Assembly (NCBI GenBank): GCA_964558415.1
Contig: CAZLDI010000004.1
Location: forward strand, 786-64,785
DNA from: an uncultured Dehalococcoidia bacterium
Lineage (GTDB): Bacteria > Chloroflexota > Dehalococcoidia > SM23-28-2 > RBG-16-64-32
DNA length: 64,000 nucleotides
Direction of reading: 5' to 3'
A model generated the notes under the pieces. That model made no database searches, was not told the origin of the DNA, and worked only from the letters and a program-made list of their open reading frames with translations. Shown here piece by piece: positions 1 through 8,946 of the stretch. The position numbers and the translations under genes were made by a program. Positions within the stretch are counted from its first letter, which is position 1; each line of letters opens with the position of its first letter.

Positions 1-750
1 GTGCCGCGGGTGCGCGTACAGCTCGAGCGCCGTCGCGGATTCGATCACCTGTCCGGCGTACATCACGTTCACCCTGTCGGCGTAACGCGCTACGACGCCC
101 AGGTTGTGGGTAATGACGATGACGGCGGTGCCCAGCTCCTTCGTCAGCCGCGTCAGCAGCTCCAGGATCTGCGCCTGGATCGTCACGTCCAGCGCTGTCG
201 TCGGCTCGTCGGCCAGCACCAGCTTCGGGTTGCAGGCCAGCGCCATCGCGATCATCACGCGCTGGCGCATCCCGCCGGAGAACTGGTGAGGGTAGTCGTT
301 GATGCGCGACTTGGCCTCCGGGATGCCGACTATCTCCAGCAGCTCGATGGCGCGTTGGACGGAGGCGTGCTTGTCCATCTTCAGGTGCAGCTCCAGCGTC
401 TCCGTGAGCTGGCGGCCGATCGTCAGCACCGGGTTGAGCGACGTCATCGGCTCCTGGAAGATCATCGCGATCTTGTTGCCGCGGATGTGGCGGATCTCCT
501 CATCGTCCATCTTGACGATGTCCTCGCCCTCGAACAGGATCTCCCCCTCGATGATCTTACCCGGCGGGTTGGGGATCAGGCGCAGGATCGAAAGCGCGCT
601 GACTGTCTTCCCGCAACCGCTCTCCCCCACCAGGCCCAGGATCTCCCCCGGTAGAATGTCATAGCTGACCCCGTTGACGGCCTTGACAACCCCCTCTTCC
701 GTGTAGAAGTTCGTCTTGAGGTTCTTGACCTGGAGCAGTGGTTCCGCCAA
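1..750 (-). CDS. Oligopeptide/dipeptide ABC transporter ATP-binding protein (OppD/DppD-like). The gene runs off the window start, so its 3' end is missing.
   Basis: Minus-strand translation gives [49 protein letters not shown] (Walker A), then the LSGGMRQR signature and Walker [16 protein letters not shown] start sits at 748-750, preceded by a GGAGGA RBS. The plus-strand ORF 1..654 is its antisense shadow. Confidence 0.85.
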   Translation of the reverse strand, partial: MAEPLLQVKNLKTNFYTEEGVVKAVNGVSYDILPGEILGLVGESGCGKTVSALSILRLIPNPPGKIIEGEILFEGEDIVKMDDEEIRHIRGNKIAMIFQEPMTSLNPVLTIGRQLTETLELHLKMDKHASVQRAIELLEIVGIPEAKSRINDYPHQFSGGMRQRVMIAMALACNPKLVLADEPTTALDVTIQAQILELLTRLTKELGTAVIVITHNLGVVARYADRVNVMYAGQVIESATALELYAHPRH

Positions 751-806
751 AGGTCCTCCTTCAATCCCGCCGGACAGGTCCGCCGTTCGGCAAGATCCAG
801 CCAGAT

Positions 807-840
807 TTCACCCAGCGCACTATTTCACCCAGCGCACTAT
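807..840. repeat. Perfect tandem duplication of a 17-bp unit (ttcacccagcgcactat x2), lying 2 nt beyond the 3' end of tRNA-Leu.
   Basis: Read directly: positions 807-823 and 824-840 are identical. Confidence 0.6.
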
Positions 841-842
841 GG

Positions 843-927
843 TGGTGGGGAAGGGGGGACTCGAACCCCCACGCCCAAAGGCACGTGATCCTAAGTCACG
901 CTCGTCTGCCAATTCCGACACTTCCCC
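843..927 (-). tRNA. tRNA-Leu (anticodon TAG), class II with a long variable arm, CCA encoded
   Basis: Reverse complement GGGGAAGTGTCGGAATTGGCAGACGAGCGTGACTTAGGATCACGTGCCTTTGGGCGTGGGGGTTCGAGTCCCCCCTTCCCCACCA folds as a cloverleaf: 7-bp acceptor stem, anticodon loop CTTAGGA, long extra arm, GTTCGAGTC T-loop. Confidence 0.85.
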
Positions 928-931
928 TGTT

Positions 932-1007
<76 letters not shown>

Positions 1008-1136
1008 GTGGATTGTCTTCCGTTTTCGCTAGGTTCGCGAAGTATATCACGGCGAGAAAAAAGGGAGCAACTAAAGCTCCCGCGACGAGCCCATGTTGTT
1101 GACGGCCTCGGGTGCCGTTGCTAGCATTGGCTCTGC

Positions 1137-1213
1137 GGGCGATTAGCTCAGTTGGTTAGAGCGCAGCGTTGACATCGCTGAGGTCGGAGGTTCAAATCCT
1201 CCATCGCCCACCA
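1137..1213 (+). tRNA. tRNA-Val (anticodon GAC), CCA encoded
   Basis: GGGCGATTAGCTCAGTTGGTTAGAGCGCAGCGTTGACATCGCTGAGGTCGGAGGTTCAAATCCTCCATCGCCCACCA. The anticodon loop is TTGACAT. Confidence 0.85.
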
Positions 1214-1224
1214 TGAAGTTACAA

Positions 1225-1477
1225 AGGCGAAGACCGGGAAGAGTAGCTCAGGCAAGGCGACAGAGAGGCGAGCGACTTCTGAGAGCGAGCCGGCCCGCTG
1301 CCCGAGCGAACACCACCCGCGAGCCGGCTGTCGAACCTGCCTGGGAAACCCGCCCGGCAGCAGAAGGCGGTCCCGGAGGCACCCGTTAGCGGCCAGAACG
1401 AGTCCGCCTCTGGCGGAGAAGATGGGTGGAACCACGGAAATGCCCTCCGTCCCATGGGATGGAGGGCATTTATATTT
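1225..1477 (+). promoter_or_regulatory. T-box riboswitch-like leader (tRNA-sensing antiterminator) ahead of the small-ORF/thrS operon
   Basis: A T-box consensus-like AAGATGGGTGGAACCACGG at 1419-1437 (compare AATTAGGGTGGNACCGCGG) lies immediately 5' of an intrinsic terminator. An F-box-like CCGTTA sits at about 1384-1389, and AGAG/AGTA-containing sequence is present in the presumed stem I. An alternative antiterminator can be drawn: ATGGG/CCCAT and ACGG/CCGT flanking a UGGAACC bulge. Confidence 0.55.
1438..1477 (+). terminator. Rho-independent terminator hairpin: AAATGCCCTCC, a 12-nt loop, GGAGGGCATTT, followed by TATATTT
   Basis: Perfect 11-bp inverted repeat at 1438-1448 and 1461-1471, with a T-rich tail. 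Confidence 0.7.
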
Positions 1478-1492
1478 CGAGCGTGAGGTTGC

Positions 1493-1732
1493 GTGGCGAG
1501 ACAGCAGACTCAGAACTCAGGACCGGGGTTGGTCTTGCGAATATACCTGTGGGGAACGCCGCTGGCTATGCTATTAGCGGCGGCAGTATTCGCGGTCGTG
1601 GCGGCGGTGGACGAGCGCTGGGGGTTGCTCGCGGCGATGGTGGTGCTGGCGTTTGCAGCGGTCGGCCTCCTGGGATTTCACTGGTGGCTGATCTATCGTT
1701 TCGGGGCGACGCAAGGTGGTCGCGAGAGTTGA
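1493..1732 (+). CDS. Small hypothetical membrane protein with two predicted TM helices
   Basis: The ORF has G/C-rich third positions and hydrophobic stretches LAMLLAAAVFAVVAAV and AAMVVLAFAAVGLLGF. The true start may be the internal ATG (MLLAAA...). Confidence 0.3.
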   Translation: MARQQTQNSGPGLVLRIYLWGTPLAMLLAAAVFAVVAAVDERWGLLAAMVVLAFAAVGLLGFHWWLIYRFGATQGGRES

Positions 1733-2004
1733 GGTGGGTTAATCGGTGGCTGGGCGCGGAGATTATCTTCGTGCACGTGGGCCACGGCCTCCTCGGAGCT
1801 CTGGGAGTCGGCATTGTCGCTGCTTACGCGCCGTGGTGGTTCCTGGCGCTGCTCCTTCCAATCATCGCCTTCTCACTGGCTTACTGGCTGATGGAAGCGC
1901 GCTTTGTGATGCCGGTCGCCCGGCGGCTTTTGACGGGAGATCAGCCGCCTACTCGGGACAACTACAACGATCTCGGTGATCGATGCGAGGAGAAAGATGA
2001 CTGA
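1729..2004 (+). CDS. Small hypothetical membrane protein with two predicted TM helices
   Basis: A TTG at 1729 overlaps the preceding stop (TTGA), and this ORF's own stop overlaps the thrS ATG (ATGACTGA), consistent with translational coupling. Alternative GTG starts lie at 1771 and 1777. The N-terminal part of the tracked ORF 1426..2004 covers the terminator hairpin and is not coding. Confidence 0.3.
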   Translation: MRWVNRWLGAEIIFVHVGHGLLGALGVGIVAAYAPWWFLALLLPIIAFSLAYWLMEARFVMPVARRLLTGDQPPTRDNYNDLGDRCEEKDD

Positions 2005-3754
2005 TTTGGCGCAAATGACCAAAGAAGAGCGATTGGAGCGTATGCGTCATTCGGCGGCGCACATCATGGCAGAGGCGGTGCTCGAGATGTTTCCGGAGGC
2101 GAAGCTGGGGATCGGGCCGCCGATAGACACGGGGTTCTACTACGACTTCGGGCTGCCGCGGCCGCTGACCCTGGATGACCTGCCGCTGATAGAGGAGAGC
2201 ATGCGCAGCCGGATCGCTTCAGACCTCCCATTCGAGCCCTCAGCCATAAGCAAGGAGCAGGCGCGGGAAGTGTTCCACGATCAGCCATACAAACTGGAGC
2301 TGATCGACGCGATTGAAGACGCCGAGGTCGGGTTGTACCAGCAAGGGAGCTTCAGGGACCTCTGCCAGGGGCCGCACGTCGATCGCTGCGGCGAGGTGCC
2401 GGTCTTCAAGCTGATGAGTGTCGCCGGGGCGTACTGGCGTGGCAACGAGGCGAACCCGATGTTGCAACGCATCTACGGCGCCCTGTTCGACACGCAGGAG
2501 GAGTTAGACGCCCACCTGGCGCTCATAGAGGAAGCAGCGAGGCGCGATCACCGACGTGTTGGGAGGGAACTGGACCTATTCTCCTTCCACGAAGAATTCG
2601 GGCCCGGACTCGTGTACTGGCACCCGAAGGGCGGACGCATGCGCTCAATCATCGAAGACTTCTGGCGCAAGGAGCACTATCGCGCGGGCTACGAGCTCGT
2701 CTACTCCCCTCACATCGGCAAGTCCACGCTCTGGGAGACGAGCGGACACCTGAGCTTCTACAACGAGAACATGTACTCGCCGATGGACATCGATGGGCAG
2801 GACTACTATGTGAAACCGATGAACTGCCCCTTCCACATCCAGATATATAAGAACTCACTGCGCAGCTATCGCGAGCTGCCGATACGGATGGGCGAGCTGG
2901 GTACCGTCTATCGCTACGAGCGCTCTGGTGTGCTGCACGGCCTGTTGCGCGTTCGTGGCTTTACGCAAGACGATGCCCACATCTTTTGCCGTCCGGACCA
3001 GGTGAAGGAGGAGATTGAGCGCTGCGTGGATTTCATGCAGTTCTTCCTGGGCGCGTTCGGATTCGAGCGGTTTCACGTGTACCTCTCGACTCGCACCGAG
3101 GATGGGAAGTACGCAGGGTCAATCGAGGACTGGGGGATGGCGACGAACGTCCTTCGTGACGTCATCCAGGAACGTGGATTGCCCTACGACATCGATGAAG
3201 GGGGCGCCGTGTTCTACGGTCCCAAGATCGACGTGAAGATGCTGGATACCCTGGGGCGGGAGTGGCAGTGTACGACGATCCAGTTCGACTTCAATCTGCC
3301 GGAACGGTTCGACGTCAGCTATATCGGTGAAGACGGTCGCGAGCACCGGCCGTATATGGTGCACAGAGCCCTGCTTGGTTCCATGGAACGCTTCTTCGGC
3401 GTGCTGATCGAGCACTATGCAGGGGCGTTCCCGCTATGGCTGGCCCCGGTGCAGGCGATGGTGATTCCGATTGCCGACCGGCACCTGGAGTACGCGCGCA
3501 CCGTTGCGTCGGAAATCCGTTCGGCAGACCTGCGCGTCGAGATAGACGACCGTAACGAAAGGATGCAGGCGAAGATCAGGGACGCGCAGCTCCAGAAGAT
3601 TCCCTACATGCTTGTCGTCGGCGACCGGGAGCGGGAAGCCGCGTCTGCCGCCGTGCGGCTGCGCAGCGGCGAGGACCTGGGCGCGCGTGCCGTCTCTGAG
3701 ATCGTCACGCGGATGCGGCGCGAGGTCGACGAGAGGGTGGGGTTATCGAAGTAG
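1997..3754 (+). CDS. thrS: Threonine--tRNA ligase (ThrRS) lacking the N-terminal TGS/N1 domain
   Basis: The N2 editing-domain motif RHSAAHIMAEAV and IGPPIDTGFYYDF are present, along with class II catalytic motifs and the anticodon-binding region. The ATG at 1997 is preceded by GAGGAG. The protein begins at the N2 domain. Confidence 0.9.
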   Translation: MTDLAQMTKEERLERMRHSAAHIMAEAVLEMFPEAKLGIGPPIDTGFYYDFGLPRPLTLDDLPLIEESMRSRIASDLPFEPSAISKEQAREVFHDQPYKLELIDAIEDAEVGLYQQGSFRDLCQGPHVDRCGEVPVFKLMSVAGAYWRGNEANPMLQRIYGALFDTQEELDAHLALIEEAARRDHRRVGRELDLFSFHEEFGPGLVYWHPKGGRMRSIIEDFWRKEHYRAGYELVYSPHIGKSTLWETSGHLSFYNENMYSPMDIDGQDYYVKPMNCPFHIQIYKNSLRSYRELPIRMGELGTVYRYERSGVLHGLLRVRGFTQDDAHIFCRPDQVKEEIERCVDFMQFFLGAFGFERFHVYLSTRTEDGKYAGSIEDWGMATNVLRDVIQERGLPYDIDEGGAVFYGPKIDVKMLDTLGREWQCTTIQFDFNLPERFDVSYIGEDGREHRPYMVHRALLGSMERFFGVLIEHYAGAFPLWLAPVQAMVIPIADRHLEYARTVASEIRSADLRVEIDDRNERMQAKIRDAQLQKIPYMLVVGDREREAASAAVRLRSGEDLGARAVSEIVTRMRREVDERVGLSK

Positions 3755-4045
3755 GGACACCAGGTGAGGGACCTTCCGGTCGCGTTGGCCTTTGCCTGTC
3801 GTGCCAGTACGCTCGCGCGATAACGAGTGCGAAGGGAAGCACCTTTCATCTCTGCGGCTTGTCCGAACGTGACAAGCGGTTCCCGAGGTACCCAGGACTA
3901 CCCGTTCTGGAGTGCGACGGGTACCGTCGGCGCCATATCAAGGCAACGATTGGACGGCAGCGACCGTCAGACCATTGATGGAGCAGAAGCGTTGTGCTAA
4001 CATTGCGCTAATTGTGGCGCAAGACGTGACCAAGAGGGGCTGACT

Positions 4046-4654
4046 ATTCTCCGAGAGCTTCGGATTAACGAACGAATCCGGGCGCGGGAAGTCCGTCTGA
4101 TTGGTGGCGACGGCGAGAACTACGGCGTCCTGCCCTACCCGGATGCCATGTCTCGCGCTCGCGAGTCCGGGCTGGATCTGGTGGAAGTGGACGGGAACAG
4201 CTCGCCCCCTGTCTGCAGGTTGCTTGACTACGGTAAGTTCAAGTATGAGCAGGCTAAGAAAGAACGCGATGCGCGCAAACACCAGCGCGGGACCATACTG
4301 CACGAGGTACGTATGAGGCCGCGAACCGGCCAGCACGATATAGACTTGAAAGTACGGACCGCGGAACGGCTTCTGGCGGAAGGGGACAAAGTTAAGATGA
4401 CGGTGATGTTCCGGGGGCGGGAGATGTCTCACCAGGAACTGGGCCACGAGGTCCTGGACAGGGCGCTTTCGAAGTTGACCGAGGTGGCGGTGGTCGAGAA
4501 GCCTGCCGGCATGGAGGGACGTTTCCTGAGCGCCATTCTCTCGCCCACGTTGAAGAAGCCTGCGAAGCCCACCATCGAGGTGAACTCCGAAAACGGCGGC
4601 GCTCCGGCAGGCAACGAGGCCGTATCGGCAGAGCCGGTGCAGGCGAGCGAATAG
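4046..4654 (+). CDS. infC: Translation initiation factor IF-3, with a probable AUU start codon
   Basis: Upstream of the tracked ATG (4148) the frame stays open and encodes ILRELRINERIRAREVRLIGGDGENYGVLPYPDA, the conserved IF-3 N-terminus. The only plausible start is ATT at 4046, which has a GAGGGG RBS 6 nt upstream. An AUU start is the classic infC autoregulatory feature. Confidence 0.8.
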   Translation: MLRELRINERIRAREVRLIGGDGENYGVLPYPDAMSRARESGLDLVEVDGNSSPPVCRLLDYGKFKYEQAKKERDARKHQRGTILHEVRMRPRTGQHDIDLKVRTAERLLAEGDKVKMTVMFRGREMSHQELGHEVLDRALSKLTEVAVVEKPAGMEGRFLSAILSPTLKKPAKPTIEVNSENGGAPAGNEAVSAEPVQASE

Positions 4655-4682
4655 CGTCATCGCTGAGGGAGGGTAATCGCCG

Positions 4683-4886
4683 GTGGCGAAGTTCAAAATG
4701 AAGACGCACTCTGGTGCGAAGAAGCGGATCTATGTAACCGGTAGCGGGAGGCTTCTACGCCGCAAGTGCAACATCAACAACTTCCGGCGGAAGAAGCGGG
4801 GCGAGTCGCTGCGACAGTTCTCGCGCAAGCTATCGGTGTCACCGGCCATCGTCAAGCACCTGCGCCGGTTGATGCCCTACGCCTAG
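4683..4886 (+). CDS. rpmI: 50S ribosomal protein L35
   Basis: KFKMKTHSGAKKRIYVTGSG...LMPYA matches the L35 family. A GTG start is preceded by GAGGGAGGG. Confidence 0.85.
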   Translation: MAKFKMKTHSGAKKRIYVTGSGRLLRRKCNINNFRRKKRGESLRQFSRKLSVSPAIVKHLRRLMPYA

Positions 4887-4898
4887 GGGGAGCGAGAG

Positions 4899-5258
4899 AT
4901 GCCTAGAGTTAAGGGAGGGGTAGTAGCCCGCCGTCGCCACAAGAAGGTAATTCGCCTGGCGAAGGGTCATCGCGGCCTGCGCCACAAGCTGTTCCGTCGC
5001 GCCAACGAGTCAGTGATGCACGCGTTGCGCTACGCGTACGAACATCGCAGAGACCGCAAGGGCGACTTTCGCAAGCTGTGGATCACGCGGATCAACGCGG
5101 CGGCCAGGCTGCATGGGTTGAGCTATTCCCGATTGATTGACGGCTTGCACAAGGCGGGCGTCGCTCTGGACCGCAAGGTGCTGGCCGACATGGCTGTGCG
5201 CGACGAGGCGGCGTTCGGGCGCGTCGCTGCCCAGGCGAAGGCTGCTCTGGCACCCTGA
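4899..5258 (+). CDS. rplT: 50S ribosomal protein L20
   Basis: [26 protein letters not shown]...[13 protein letters not shown] is canonical L20. Confidence 0.9.
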   Translation: MPRVKGGVVARRRHKKVIRLAKGHRGLRHKLFRRANESVMHALRYAYEHRRDRKGDFRKLWITRINAAARLHGLSYSRLIDGLHKAGVALDRKVLADMAVRDEAAFGRVAAQAKAALAP

Positions 5259-5307
5259 CGCCCACGCGCCTCATCCAGACTCTTCGCGAACCTAGATCCG
5301 ATCCGGG

Positions 5308-7728
5308 CTAACCCCGGAGTTCTGCCCCGACCTCTTCTTTCAACCGAGAGATGATGCGGTCGCGCTCTCGCTGCACGTCCGAGTCGGTGAGCGTCTTACT
5401 GCTGGACTGAAAAGATATCGAGAAAGCCAGGGACTTGCGGTCGGGCGGTATCGGGGGCCCGCTGTAGATGTCGAAGATCGAGGCTGACTGAACGAGGCTA
5501 GAGTTGCGAATTATCTTCAGAGCCTCGTTCGCAGGAACGTCGACCGGGACGACGATGGCAATGTCCTGCTCCACCGCCGGATACGGTGACGCGGGCGCAA
5601 AGTGGACCTGATCGCCGAGGTGCTTGATGAGGGCATCGAGATCCACTTCGAATAGCCCGACGTCGGTGTCGATATCGAACGCACCCGCGACTCTGGGGTG
5701 AACCTGGCCCACTATCCCGATCTGCTGCCCATCGGCGACGATCTCGGCCGTGCGCCCGGGCAGGTAGCAGAAGTCGGAAGTCGGCCGGAAGGTGGCCTCC
5801 ACGCGCAGAGCTGCTAGAAGATTCTCAGCGTAGGCCTTGGCATCGTAGAAGATGCCGTCGTAAACGCTGTCCGAAAGGCCGGCCGTCTGTCCCCAGCGGT
5901 TCGGCCGACGCCCGGCGACGGCGCCGCAAAGTGATTCGATCTCTTCCGGCAGGTCGTCTTGCCGTGGCAGATAGACGCGTCCGGTTTCGAATAACGCCAA
6001 ATGCGGCCCGGCGGCGCGGCGGTTTGCCGAAACGGACCTAAGAAGGGCTGCTCTGAGGGTAGTCCGTGCGTACTCGAAGTCGCGACTCATTGGATTGGCG
6101 ACCCGCAGAGGCGGCTTCGTGGCGATGTCCTCCGGGCTGAGCACTTTCCGCAGCGTTTCCAGGTCGGTCAAGGAGTAGTTGATGACCTCCTGGATGCCCG
6201 CCGAAGCGAGAACGTCGCGAACGCGCTCTCGAAGCGCGAGCATCGGCTGTGGTGTGACCGCCGGTATCTCGCCACGGAGCCGGCTGGTCGGAAGTTGGTC
6301 GTAACCGATGATACGCGCTATCTCCTCGATCACATCGTCCGGGATGGAGACGTCTGTGCGCCAGGGAGGCACGCGTACAATGAAGTGGTCAGGCGGAACC
6401 CAGCGGCAGCTAAAGCCGAGCGACGTCAGGACCTGTCTGACCTGTGAAATGGGTAGGCTAACACCCAGCACGCGCTCCAGGCGCTCCTGAGTCAGGGTGA
6501 CGCGGATGTCTTTGCTCTTAGAGGCCGCTACGTCAATAAAGTCGCGTGCCGGGCGCCCGCCGCATATCTCGACAATCAGCTTGACCGCGCGCTGAGCAGC
6601 AGTGGCTGGGAGCTGCGGGCTAAGCCCCTTTTCAAAGCGAATCGATGCATCTGTGCGCGCCTTCAACTCCCGGCTCGTACGCCGAATGCTGGGCGCGTCA
6701 AAGTTCGCCGACTCCAGCAAGATGCTGGTTGTCCTGTCCGAGACCTCGGTGTCGCTTCCACCCATGACACCGGCCACGGCTACCGCACGCTCAGCGTCGG
6801 CGATGACCAGCATCTGCGGGGTCAGGTCGCGCTCACTGCCGTCGATGAGAACGAGCTTCTCTCCCACCGCCCCACGCCGCACAATGATTCGTCCGCCCCT
6901 TAGCATTTTGAAGTCGAACGCGTGGAGGGGCTGACCCATCTCGAGCATCACATAGTTGGTTATGTCGACCACATTGTTAATGGGGCGCATGCCGGCTGCT
7001 GCCAGACGTTGCTGAAGCCACGCGGGAGATTCGTCGATCTTGACGTTTTCGACGAGAGCAGCCACATAGCGAGGACACAGGGTGGGCTCCAGGACATCCA
7101 CCTGGGTCCGCGATTTGACGGGTGGGCCAACGTTCGGATATTCGATTGACGGCTCGCGCACCTGGCTGCCGGAAAGCGCTGCGACCTCACGGGCAACGCC
7201 GAGGATGGAGAGAAGGTCCGGGCGGTTAGGCGTGAGGTCCAGATCAAAGATCGTCTCGCCGAGGACGGATGCGAGAGGCGCTCCCACCGGCGCGGCATCA
7301 TCAAGCACGAGGATTCCTTCGTGCTCGCCCGAGAGGCCGAGCTCTTTCTCAGAGCAGACCATGCCGGCGGACTCGATGCCGCGAATTACTGCGGCCTTCA
7401 GGACGGTCGGCTTGCCGGTGCGCCCATCGATCAGGGGTGTTCCGGCGCGGGCGAAAGCGATTCTCTGGCCCGTGGCGACGTTGGGCGCCCCACAGACGAC
7501 GGTCTGCCGCTCGCCGCCCCCCAGGTCGACGGTCACCAGCACGAGCCGGTCAGCGTTCGGATGCCGCCGGACTTCGGTAACCTGCGCGACGGTGATGCCG
7601 TCCCAGTCCCCCGCGGTGTTGATGATCTCGGCGACCTCCGCGCCGGCGATGGTGAGGCGCCGGGCGAGTTCATGGGGCTCGATAGCGATATCGACGTATT
7701 CGGCCAGCCAGCGCAATGGGATTCGCAT
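5308..7728 (-). CDS. pheT: Phenylalanine--tRNA ligase beta subunit
   Basis: 806 aa with the characteristic PheT N-terminal tRNA-binding region, B3/4 domain, B5 domain and C-terminal FDX-ACB domain. It ends 9 nt downstream of the pheS stop. Confidence 0.9.
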   Translation of the reverse strand: MRIPLRWLAEYVDIAIEPHELARRLTIAGAEVAEIINTAGDWDGITVAQVTEVRRHPNADRLVLVTVDLGGGERQTVVCGAPNVATGQRIAFARAGTPLIDGRTGKPTVLKAAVIRGIESAGMVCSEKELGLSGEHEGILVLDDAAPVGAPLASVLGETIFDLDLTPNRPDLLSILGVAREVAALSGSQVREPSIEYPNVGPPVKSRTQVDVLEPTLCPRYVAALVENVKIDESPAWLQQRLAAAGMRPINNVVDITNYVMLEMGQPLHAFDFKMLRGGRIIVRRGAVGEKLVLIDGSERDLTPQMLVIADAERAVAVAGVMGGSDTEVSDRTTSILLESANFDAPSIRRTSRELKARTDASIRFEKGLSPQLPATAAQRAVKLIVEICGGRPARDFIDVAASKSKDIRVTLTQERLERVLGVSLPISQVRQVLTSLGFSCRWVPPDHFIVRVPPWRTDVSIPDDVIEEIARIIGYDQLPTSRLRGEIPAVTPQPMLALRERVRDVLASAGIQEVINYSLTDLETLRKVLSPEDIATKPPLRVANPMSRDFEYARTTLRAALLRSVSANRRAAGPHLALFETGRVYLPRQDDLPEEIESLCGAVAGRRPNRWGQTAGLSDSVYDGIFYDAKAYAENLLAALRVEATFRPTSDFCYLPGRTAEIVADGQQIGIVGQVHPRVAGAFDIDTDVGLFEVDLDALIKHLGDQVHFAPASPYPAVEQDIAIVVPVDVPANEALKIIRNSSLVQSASIFDIYSGPPIPPDRKSLAFSISFQSSSKTLTDSDVQRERDRIISRLKEEVGAELRG

Positions 7729-7736
7729 GACCAGAC

Positions 7737-8783
7737 TCAGAACTGCCGCAGAAAGCGAATATCGTTAGCGTAGAAATGACGAATGTCGTCTACGCCGTGG
7801 CGGAGGAGAGCGATGCGTTCGATGCCCATGCCGAAGGCAAAGCCTGTGTGCCGCTCTGCGTCGTACCCGGCGTTAGCGATGATCTCGGGGTGGACCATGC
7901 CGGCTCCGAGAATCTCTATCCAGCCGGTGCGATGGCAGGTGCGGCACCCGTCCCCTCGGCAGATGAAGCAGTCGATTCGCATCTCCATGCCGGGCTCGAC
8001 GAAGGGGAAGTAGTCGCAGCGGAACGCGACGCGCCGGTCGAGGCCGAAGATACGCCGGGCGAATTCGGCAAGGGTGCCCTTCAGGTCCGCGAGGCTGATG
8101 CCGTCATCGATCGCGAGGCCTTCAACCTGGGTCATCATCCATTCGTGGGTGGGGTCTGTCGCCTCGAACCGATAGCACTTGCCCGGGACGACCACGCGAA
8201 TGGGCGGGCTCGAGCGCTCCATGATCCGGATCTGGTTTGGCGACGTGTGGGTGCGGAGGAGCATCGGCCGCACTCCGTCACGCTCGTAGTCGATCCAGAG
8301 GGTGTCCCACATATCCCGCGCCGGGTGGTCAGCCGGTATTCGCAGGGCTTCAAAGTTGTAGTGGTCCCACTCGATCTCGGGCCCCTCAGCCGTTTGGAAC
8401 CCCATGTCGGCGAAGGCTCGCAAGACGTCGCGCAGGGTCTGAGTGATGGGGTGGAGGCGTCCGCGTGGCAAGGGTGGCCCGGGAAGCGTCACGTCCAGCC
8501 GCTCGCCCTCGATGACGCGAGCGAGTTGGAGTTCTTCGATTTCCGCCTTCCGCCTCGCATAGGCGTCCTCGAGCCGGTCTTTGAGCTGGTTGGCGGGTCT
8601 TCCAAGGGCGCGCCGTTGTTCAAGTGGGAGGTCCGATAAGGCGCGGAGGACGGCCGTGAGGCGGCCCTTACGGCCCATATATTCGATGCGCCAGGCCTCC
8701 AGGGCCTCGGCGCCGGTGCTGGCGGCGAGATCCCTCAAGGCTGACGGCTCGAGGCTGGTGATTTCGTCAGTAATGGCGGTCAT
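7737..8783 (-). CDS. pheS: Phenylalanine--tRNA ligase alpha subunit
   Basis: 348 aa containing class II motifs FRCDYFPFVEPGMEMRI and GWIEILGAGMVHPE. Confidence 0.9.
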   Translation of the reverse strand: MTAITDEITSLEPSALRDLAASTGAEALEAWRIEYMGRKGRLTAVLRALSDLPLEQRRALGRPANQLKDRLEDAYARRKAEIEELQLARVIEGERLDVTLPGPPLPRGRLHPITQTLRDVLRAFADMGFQTAEGPEIEWDHYNFEALRIPADHPARDMWDTLWIDYERDGVRPMLLRTHTSPNQIRIMERSSPPIRVVVPGKCYRFEATDPTHEWMMTQVEGLAIDDGISLADLKGTLAEFARRIFGLDRRVAFRCDYFPFVEPGMEMRIDCFICRGDGCRTCHRTGWIEILGAGMVHPEIIANAGYDAERHTGFAFGMGIERIALLRHGVDDIRHFYANDIRFLRQF

Positions 8784-8868
8784 GTTGCCAGTGTCGCGAT
8801 GCGGGGTCGGGGGCTATTATAGGCATCGCCAGAGAGCGCGGGCAACGAAACCTGACTCGCGCCGCGAC

Positions 8869-8896
8869 TTGACTTGTACGGGAGGCGCGCTATGAT
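8869..8896 (+). promoter_or_regulatory. Near-consensus sigma-70-type promoter: TTGACT, a 16-nt spacer, TATGAT
   Basis: The -35 element TTGACT is at 8869-8874 and the -10 element TATGAT at 8891-8896. It lies upstream of an AGGAGG RBS (8933-8938) and the ATG at 8947. Confidence 0.45.
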
Positions 8897-8946
8897 TTGG
8901 CACACGCGCACCGGAATCCATGATGGACCAGAAGGAGGCCCGCTGA

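Noticed and set aside
1-654. 217-aa plus-strand ORF at the window start
   Set aside because: It is the antisense shadow of the ABC ATPase gene. The minus strand shows Walker A, the LSGGQ-type signature and Walker B. High-GC DNA routinely leaves long stop-free antisense frames.
1148-1455. Minus-strand ORFs (95 and 78 aa) and the 5' part of plus ORF 1426..2004
   Set aside because: They overlap tRNA-Val, the T-box-like leader and the terminator hairpin, which are structured RNA rather than coding sequence.
1214-1480. Considered whether this structured region is tmRNA, SRP RNA, 6S RNA or RNase P RNA
   Set aside because: No tRNA-like 3' end, no SRP GGAA/AGCAG domain IV motifs, and no RNase P P4 signatures. 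The T-box sequence, F-box and terminator geometry fit a T-box leader better.
3938-4696. 252-aa minus-strand ORF
   Set aside because: It is antisense to infC and its leader. infC homology on the plus strand is unambiguous.
6001-8639. Plus-strand ORFs 6001..6447, 7082..7768, 7321..7773 and 7776..8639
   Set aside because: They lie inside pheT/pheS on the opposite strand and are low-complexity, Arg/Ala/Gly-rich shadow ORFs.
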